From UHGV virus genome UHGV-0342044: a DNA stretch of 19,882 nucleotides; one strand, 5' to 3'. Position 1 is the first letter of the stretch, and every line of letters starts with the position of its first letter. The DNA is from a virus. Shown here piece after piece: positions 14,474 to 19,882 of this stretch. The notes beneath the pieces were generated by a model. The model was given only the letters and a program-made list of their open reading frames with translations. It was not told the DNA's origin and did no database searches. The translations under genes and the position numbers were made by a program.

Positions 14474-17400
14474 TTTGGGGATTGATGCGGCAGAGTTTAA
14501 AAATGAAATCCCCCGTATCAAAAACCTTCTGAATGGTGCAGCCAGCGATGCAGAACGGTCTTCTGCCCGTATGCAGCGTTTTATGGAGCGTCAGACTCAG
14601 GCCGCCCGGCAGACAACGCAGGCGGCGTCTTCGGCTGCAACAGCCGCATCCGTCCATGCGCAGACGGTGGAGAAGAACGCACAGGCTCATGAACGCATGG
14701 CCCGCGAGGTGGAGAAAACCCGCCAGCGCATGGAGGCGCTGAGCCAGAAAATGCGCGAGGAACAGGCGCAGGCCATGGCTCTGGCGGAGGCTCAGGATAA
14801 AGCGGCTGCTGCGTTTTATCGTCAGATTGACAGTGTGAAACAGGCCAGTGCGGGTCTGCAGGAATTACAGCGTATTCAGCAGCAGATCCGACAGGCCAGA
14901 AACAGTGGCGGGATTGGTCAGCAGGATTATCTGGCGCTGATTTCTGAGGTTACGGCGAAAACCCGTGTTCTTACACAGGCTGAGGAAGAGGCTACCCGAC
15001 AGAAAGTGGCGTTTATCCGTCAGCTTAAAGAGCAGGCAACCCGCCAGAATCTTTCTTCTTCTGAGTTGCTTCGTGCTAAGGCTGCCCAGCTGGGGGTAAG
15101 CAGTGCTGCAGAAGTGTATATCCGCAAAATGGAGCAGGCAGGAAAAGCCACGCATTCGCTGGGGCTGAAAAGTGCAGCGGCCCGTCAGGAGATAGGCGTT
15201 CTGATAGGTGAACTGGCCCGCGGAAATTTAGGTGCGCTGAGGGGATCCGGAATAACGCTGGCTAACCGTGCCGGGTGGATAGACACATTGATGTCACCGA
15301 AAGGCATGATGCTTGGCGGGGTTATTGGCGGTATTGCCGCGGCTGTCTATGGTCTGGGTAAAGCCTGGTATGACGGTCAGAAGGAGGGGGAAGAATTTAA
15401 CCGCCAGCTGTCGCTGACGGGGCATTATGCCGGAGTCACTGCCGGGCAGCTGTGGACGCTCAGTCGTGCTATTTCCGGGAATGGTATCACGCAACATGCT
15501 GCAGCCGGTGCGCTGGCTCAGGTGGTGGGGAGTGGTGCATTTCGTGGAAACGATATCGGTATGGTGGCGAGAGCTGCCGCACAGATGGAGCGATCGGTTG
15601 GCCAGTCGGTCAGCGATACCATAAATCAGTTTAAGCGGCTGAAGGATGATCCTGTAAATGCCGCGAAGTCTCTGGACAATGAGCTGCATTTTCTTACTGC
15701 CACTCAGCTTGAGCAGATACGCGTCCTTGGAGAGCAGGGGCGGTCCAGTGATGCGGCACGGATAGCCATGTCTGCACTGGCAGAGGAAACCGGTCGGCGT
15801 ACTGCGGATATTGATAATAACCTCAATGCGCTGGGCAGTACGCTGCAAACTTTGTCTGACTGGTGGAAGCAGTTCTGGGATGCGGCCATGAATATTGGTC
15901 GTGAAGATTCGCTGGATGCGCAGATTGCCACTTTGCAGGAGAAAGTGTCGCGGGCGAAAAGACTCCCCTGGACGGCATCATCTTCTCAGGTTGAATACGA
16001 TCAGCAGCGTCTTAACGATCTTCAGGAGAAAAAACGCCAGAAGGATTTGCAGGATGCAAAAGAGCAGGCAGAGCGGAATTATCAGGAGCAACAGAAACGC
16101 CGTAATGCTGAAAATGCTGCACTGAACCGGATGAATGAAACGGAAGCTGCACGACATCAGCGTGAAATTGCGCGTATTAATGCCATGCAGTACGCCGATC
16201 AGGCTGTCAGGGATGCGGCGATACAACGTGAAAATGAACGTTACGAGAAAGCCCTGGCATCCGGTAAGAAAAAAACACGCGAAACCCGTAATGATGAGGC
16301 CACCCGGTTATTGCTGCAGTACAGTCAGCAACAGGCACAGGTGGAAGGACAGATTGCTGCTGCAAGACAGTCAGCAGGCATTGCCACTGACAGGATGACA
16401 GAAGCGCATAAACAGCTTCTGGCTCTGCAGCAGCGCATCAGCGATCTGGACGGGAAAAAACTGACGGCAGATGAAAAGAGTGTGCTGGCCCGTAAAGATG
16501 AACTGATTCAGGCACTGACGCTGCTGGATGTAAAACAGCAGGAGCTTCAGAAACAGACGGCACTCAACGATCTGAAGAAAAAAACAATTCAGCTGACCAG
16601 TCAACTGGCTGAAGAAGAGCGCGCTCAGCGTCAGCAACATGACCTGGATATCGCCACGGTTGGTATGGGTGATCAGCAGCGGCAGCGATATCAGGTACAA
16701 CTGAGTCTTCGCCAGAAATACCAGCAACAGCTGGAGCAGTTGAGGCGGGATAGTGAGCAGAAAGGGACATATAACACGGATGACTACAGAAAGGCCGAGC
16801 AGGCGCTGACGGAGAGCCTGAACCGACAACTGAATGAGAATCGCCGTTACTGGCAACAGCTTGAAATTGCTCAGGGTAATTGGAAAAACGGAGTCCTGCG
16901 TGCACTCCAGAATGTCACTGAGAATGCGGATAACACAGCCGGGACAGTGGAACAGTTGTTCACGTCTGCGTTCAGTAGCATGAGTGACTGGCTGGCGACA
17001 TTCTGTACTACAGGCAAACTCAATTTCAAATCTTTTACTTCTTCTGTGCTGTCAGATATGTCCAGAATCATGGCTCAGATAGCTTTAATGAAAGCGGTAA
17101 AAGGCATTGCTTCCGCGCTGCCTTTTGATTTTGTAGCCAATGCTGATGGCGGTGTTTATCAGTCGGCTGATTTGAGTCGCTACAGTGGCACGGTGGTTAA
17201 CCGTCCGACGTTTTTTGCTTTTGCAAAAGGCGCGGGTGTGATGGGGGAAGCTGGACCTGAAGCCATTCTGCCACTGCGTCGTGGTGCTGACGGTAAGCTG
17301 GGGGTTGTGGCGGATATTGGTGGTTCAGGTATGGCGATGTTTGCCCCGCAGTACAATATCGAGATCAATAACGATGGCACGAACGGGCAGATAGGCCCGG

Positions 17401-17501
17401 CTGCCCTGAAGGTGGTTTATGACCTTGGGAAAAAAGCGGCAGCGGACTTTATGCAACAGCAGGCCCGTGATGGTGGTCGGTTAAGTGGAGCATATCGGTA
17501 A
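14445..17501 (+). CDS. H: tail tape measure protein H
   Basis: About 1018-aa coiled-coil-rich protein; GGAGGTG at 14433-14439 and ATG at 14445. N-terminus (ANLVIDLGIDAAEF) and C-terminus (NNDGTNGQIGPAALKVVYD...RDGG) match lambda gpH motifs from memory. Confidence 0.9.
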   Translation: MDQIANLVIDLGIDAAEFKNEIPRIKNLLNGAASDAERSSARMQRFMERQTQAARQTTQAASSAATAASVHAQTVEKNAQAHERMAREVEKTRQRMEALSQKMREEQAQAMALAEAQDKAAAAFYRQIDSVKQASAGLQELQRIQQQIRQARNSGGIGQQDYLALISEVTAKTRVLTQAEEEATRQKVAFIRQLKEQATRQNLSSSELLRAKAAQLGVSSAAEVYIRKMEQAGKATHSLGLKSAAARQEIGVLIGELARGNLGALRGSGITLANRAGWIDTLMSPKGMMLGGVIGGIAAAVYGLGKAWYDGQKEGEEFNRQLSLTGHYAGVTAGQLWTLSRAISGNGITQHAAAGALAQVVGSGAFRGNDIGMVARAAAQMERSVGQSVSDTINQFKRLKDDPVNAAKSLDNELHFLTATQLEQIRVLGEQGRSSDAARIAMSALAEETGRRTADIDNNLNALGSTLQTLSDWWKQFWDAAMNIGREDSLDAQIATLQEKVSRAKRLPWTASSSQVEYDQQRLNDLQEKKRQKDLQDAKEQAERNYQEQQKRRNAENAALNRMNETEAARHQREIARINAMQYADQAVRDAAIQRENERYEKALASGKKKTRETRNDEATRLLLQYSQQQAQVEGQIAAARQSAGIATDRMTEAHKQLLALQQRISDLDGKKLTADEKSVLARKDELIQALTLLDVKQQELQKQTALNDLKKKTIQLTSQLAEEERAQRQQHDLDIATVGMGDQQRQRYQVQLSLRQKYQQQLEQLRRDSEQKGTYNTDDYRKAEQALTESLNRQLNENRRYWQQLEIAQGNWKNGVLRALQNVTENADNTAGTVEQLFTSAFSSMSDWLATFCTTGKLNFKSFTSSVLSDMSRIMAQIALMKAVKGIASALPFDFVANADGGVYQSADLSRYSGTVVNRPTFFAFAKGAGVMGEAGPEAILPLRRGADGKLGVVADIGGSGMAMFAPQYNIEINNDGTNGQIGPAALKVVYDLGKKAAADFMQQQARDGGRLSGAYR

Positions 17502-17830
17502 TGGAGACGTTTCACTGGAAAGTGCGCCCGGATATGAATGTGGTATCAGAGCCGAAAGTGGTGACAGTGAAGCTGGGCGATGGTTATGAACAGCGTCGTG
17601 CAGCGGGACTGAATAACCAGTTGTCGACTTACAGCGTGACGATACGTGTTCGTAAATGTGAACACCCATCTTTAAAAGCCTTTCTGGAACGGCACGGTGG
17701 CGTCCGCGCATTTCAGTGGACGCCACCTTATGACTGGAAGCCGATCAGGGTGGTTTGTCGTAAATGGTCGGCAAGCGTGGGGGCATTGTGGGTAACCATA
17801 ACGGCAGATTTTGAACAGGTCGTGGCATAG
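17501..17830 (+). CDS. M: minor tail protein M
   Basis: METFHWKVRPDMNV...GDGYEQR...LSTYSV...FLERHGG...WTPPYDW...ADFEQVV is lambda gpM-like. Start overlaps the H stop (TAATG). Confidence 0.9.
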   Translation: METFHWKVRPDMNVVSEPKVVTVKLGDGYEQRRAAGLNNQLSTYSVTIRVRKCEHPSLKAFLERHGGVRAFQWTPPYDWKPIRVVCRKWSASVGALWVTITADFEQVVA

Positions 17831-17839
17831 GAGGCTCTG

Positions 17840-18538
17840 ATGCAGGATATTCCACAGGAAACACATCATGAGACGACACGCCTCACTCAGTCAGCCCAGG
17901 TGGTGCTCTGGGAAATCGATCTGACAGAGGTCGGTGGTGAACGTTATTTTTTCTGTAATGAGCAGAACGAAAAAGGTGAGCCGGTTACCTGGCAGGGGCG
18001 GCAGTATCAGGCATACCCCATTCAGGGGACGGGATTTGAACTGAACGGCAAGGGCAGTGCTGCCCGTCCGACACTGACGGTTTCTAACCTGCACGGAATG
18101 GTCACCGGGATGGCGGAAGACTTGCAGAGTCTGGTCGGCGGAACGGTGGTCAGGCGTAAGGTTTACGCCCGTTTTCTGGATGCGGTGAACTTCGTCAACG
18201 GAAACAGTGACGCCGATCCGGAGCAGGAGGTGATCAGCCGCTGGCGCATCGAGCAGTGCAGTGAACTGAGCGCGGTCAGTGCCTCTTTTGTACTGTCCAC
18301 GCCGACGGAAACGGACGGTGCTGTTTTTCCGGGGCGCATCATGCTGGCTAATACCTGCACCTGGACCTATCGCGGTGATGAGTGCGGTTATCACGGTCCG
18401 GCTGTCGCTGATGAATATGACCAGCCGACGTCCGATATCACGAAGGATAAATGCAGCAAATGCCTGAGTGGTTGTAAGTTTCGCAATAACGTCGGCAACT
18501 TTGGCGGCTTCCTTTCCATTAACAAACTTTCGCAGTAA
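17840..18538 (+). CDS. L: minor tail protein L
   Basis: 232-aa product near-identical from memory to lambda gpL (VVLWEIDLTEVGGERYFFCNEQNEKGEPVTWQGRQYQ...CSKCLSGCKFRNNVGNFGGFLSINKLSQ). Confidence 0.95.
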   Translation: MQDIPQETHHETTRLTQSAQVVLWEIDLTEVGGERYFFCNEQNEKGEPVTWQGRQYQAYPIQGTGFELNGKGSAARPTLTVSNLHGMVTGMAEDLQSLVGGTVVRRKVYARFLDAVNFVNGNSDADPEQEVISRWRIEQCSELSAVSASFVLSTPTETDGAVFPGRIMLANTCTWTYRGDECGYHGPAVADEYDQPTSDITKDKCSKCLSGCKFRNNVGNFGGFLSINKLSQ

Positions 18539-18542
18539 TCCC

Positions 18543-19286
18543 ATGACACAGACAGAATCAGCGATTCTGGCGCACGCCCGGCGATGTGCGCCAGCGGAGT
18601 CGTGCGGCTTCGTGGTGAGAACGCCGGAGGGGGAAAGATATTTTCCCTGCGTGAATATCTCCGGTGAGCCGGAGGCGTATTTCCGGATGTCGCCGGAGGA
18701 CTGGCTGCGGGCAGAGATGCAGGGTGAGATTGTGGCGCTGGTCCACAGCCACCCCGGTGGTCTGCCCTGGCTGAGTGAGGCTGACAGGCGGCTGCAGGTG
18801 CAGAGCGATTTGCCTTGGTGGCTGGTCTGCCGGGGTGAGATTCATAAATTCCGCTGTGTGCCGCATCTTACCGGGCGGCGCTTTGAGCACGGGGTGACGG
18901 ACTGTTACACGCTGTTCCGGGATGCTTACCATCTGGCGGGGATTGAGATGCCGGATTTTCATCGCGAGGATGACTGGTGGCGTAACGGTCAGAATCTCTA
19001 TCTGGATAATCTGGAGGCCACAGGGCTGTATCAGGTGCCGTTGTCATCAGCACAACCGGGCGATGTGCTGCTGTGCTGTTTTGGTTCATCGGTGCCGAAT
19101 CATGCCGCCATTTACTGTGGTGATGGCGAGCTGCTGCACCATATTCCTGAACAACTGAGCAAACGAGAGAGGTATACCGACAAATGGCAGCGACGCACAC
19201 ACTCCCTCTGGCGTCACCGGGCATGGCGCGCATCTGCCTTTACGGGGATTTGCAACGATTTGGCCGCCGCATCGACCTTCGTGTGA
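18543..19286 (+). CDS. K: tail assembly protein K (NlpC/P60 and JAB-like domains)
   Basis: ATG at 18543, 5 nt after the L stop. Product MTQTESAILAHARRCAPAESCGFVV...HSHPGG... is near-identical from memory to lambda gpK. The ORF track's version from 18468 overlaps L. Confidence 0.95.
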   Translation: MTQTESAILAHARRCAPAESCGFVVRTPEGERYFPCVNISGEPEAYFRMSPEDWLRAEMQGEIVALVHSHPGGLPWLSEADRRLQVQSDLPWWLVCRGEIHKFRCVPHLTGRRFEHGVTDCYTLFRDAYHLAGIEMPDFHREDDWWRNGQNLYLDNLEATGLYQVPLSSAQPGDVLLCCFGSSVPNHAAIYCGDGELLHHIPEQLSKRERYTDKWQRRTHSLWRHRAWRASAFTGICNDLAAASTFV

Positions 19287-19882
19287 AAACGGGGGCTGAA
19301 GCCATCCGCGCACTGGCCACACAGCTCCCGGTGTTTCGTCAGAAACTGAGCGACGGCTGGTATCAGGTACGGATTGCCGGGCGGGACGTCAGCACGTCCG
19401 GGTTAACGGCGCAGTTACATGAGACTCTGCCTGATGGCGCTGTGATTCATATTGTTCCCAGAGTCGCCGGGGCCAAGTCAGGTGGCGTATTCCAGGTTGT
19501 CCTGGGGGCTGCCGCCATTGCCGGATCATTCTTTACCGCCGGAGCCACCCTTGCAGCATGGGGGGCAGCCATTGGGGCCGGTGGTATGACCGGCATCCTG
19601 TTTTCTCTCGGTGCCAGTATGGTGCTCGGTGGTGTGGCGCAGATGCTGGCACCGAAAGCCAGAACTCCCCGTACACAGACAACGGATAACGGCAAACAGA
19701 ACACCTATTTCTCCTCACTGGATAACATGGTTGCCCAGGGCAATGTTCTGCCGGTTCTGTACGGTGAAATGCGCGTGGGGTCACGCGTGGTTTCTCAGGG
19801 CGCACCGGCGGTTTCCCAGTTATCCTGGGTCGTTCCTTTCATACAGGTATTGGTGTGCACTAATCTGCCTTCAGAATCATAG
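19184..19882 (+). CDS. I: tail assembly protein I
   Basis: MAATHTLPLASPGMARICLYGDLQRFGRRIDLRVKTGAEAIRALATQLP... is near-identical to lambda gpI over about 205 residues, with a divergent C-terminal tail. The 5' end overlaps K as in lambda. Stop TAG at 19880-19882 is the last codon in the window. Confidence 0.9.
   Translation: MAATHTLPLASPGMARICLYGDLQRFGRRIDLRVKTGAEAIRALATQLPVFRQKLSDGWYQVRIAGRDVSTSGLTAQLHETLPDGAVIHIVPRVAGAKSGGVFQVVLGAAAIAGSFFTAGATLAAWGAAIGAGGMTGILFSLGASMVLGGVAQMLAPKARTPRTQTTDNGKQNTYFSSLDNMVAQGNVLPVLYGEMRVGSRVVSQGAPAVSQLSWVVPFIQVLVCTNLPSES

Noticed and set aside
19800-19882. Possible IS element or insertion at the divergent 3' end of gene I
   Set aside because: The terminal sequence does not match the ends of IS1, IS2, IS3 or IS5 as I recall them, and the reading frame ends in a normal stop codon. 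This cannot be assessed without downstream sequence.

Overview
This window reads as a contiguous piece of a lambdoid (lambda-like siphovirus) prophage or phage genome from an enterobacterium, almost entirely on the + strand in late-operon order. In sequence: the 3' end of a DUF968 (YdfU-like) gene; a short QuuD/phage-82-type Q antiterminator; an accessory island (reverse-oriented AT-rich lipoprotein, small putative winged-helix protein, beta-class DNA methyltransferase); the lysis cassette (holin S, lambda-type transglycosylase R, Rz with embedded Rz1); a lambda-like cos site; small and large (GpA-type) terminase; W-like connector; portal; a fused ClpP-protease/scaffold/major-capsid gene; a decoration-like protein; an FII-like adaptor; and lambda-like tail genes Z, U, V, G, G-T (-1 frameshift), H, M, L, K, I. 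The window ends at the stop codon of I. Protein identities rest on reading the translated ORFs against remembered lambda and E. coli prophage proteins; no database search was run. I see no CRISPR array, tRNA, rRNA, IS element or toxin gene. I did not find a convincing multi-gene novel system. The best candidates for new biology are the Q-to-lysis accessory island, the predicted non-lambda cohesive end, and a non-canonical G-T slippery site.
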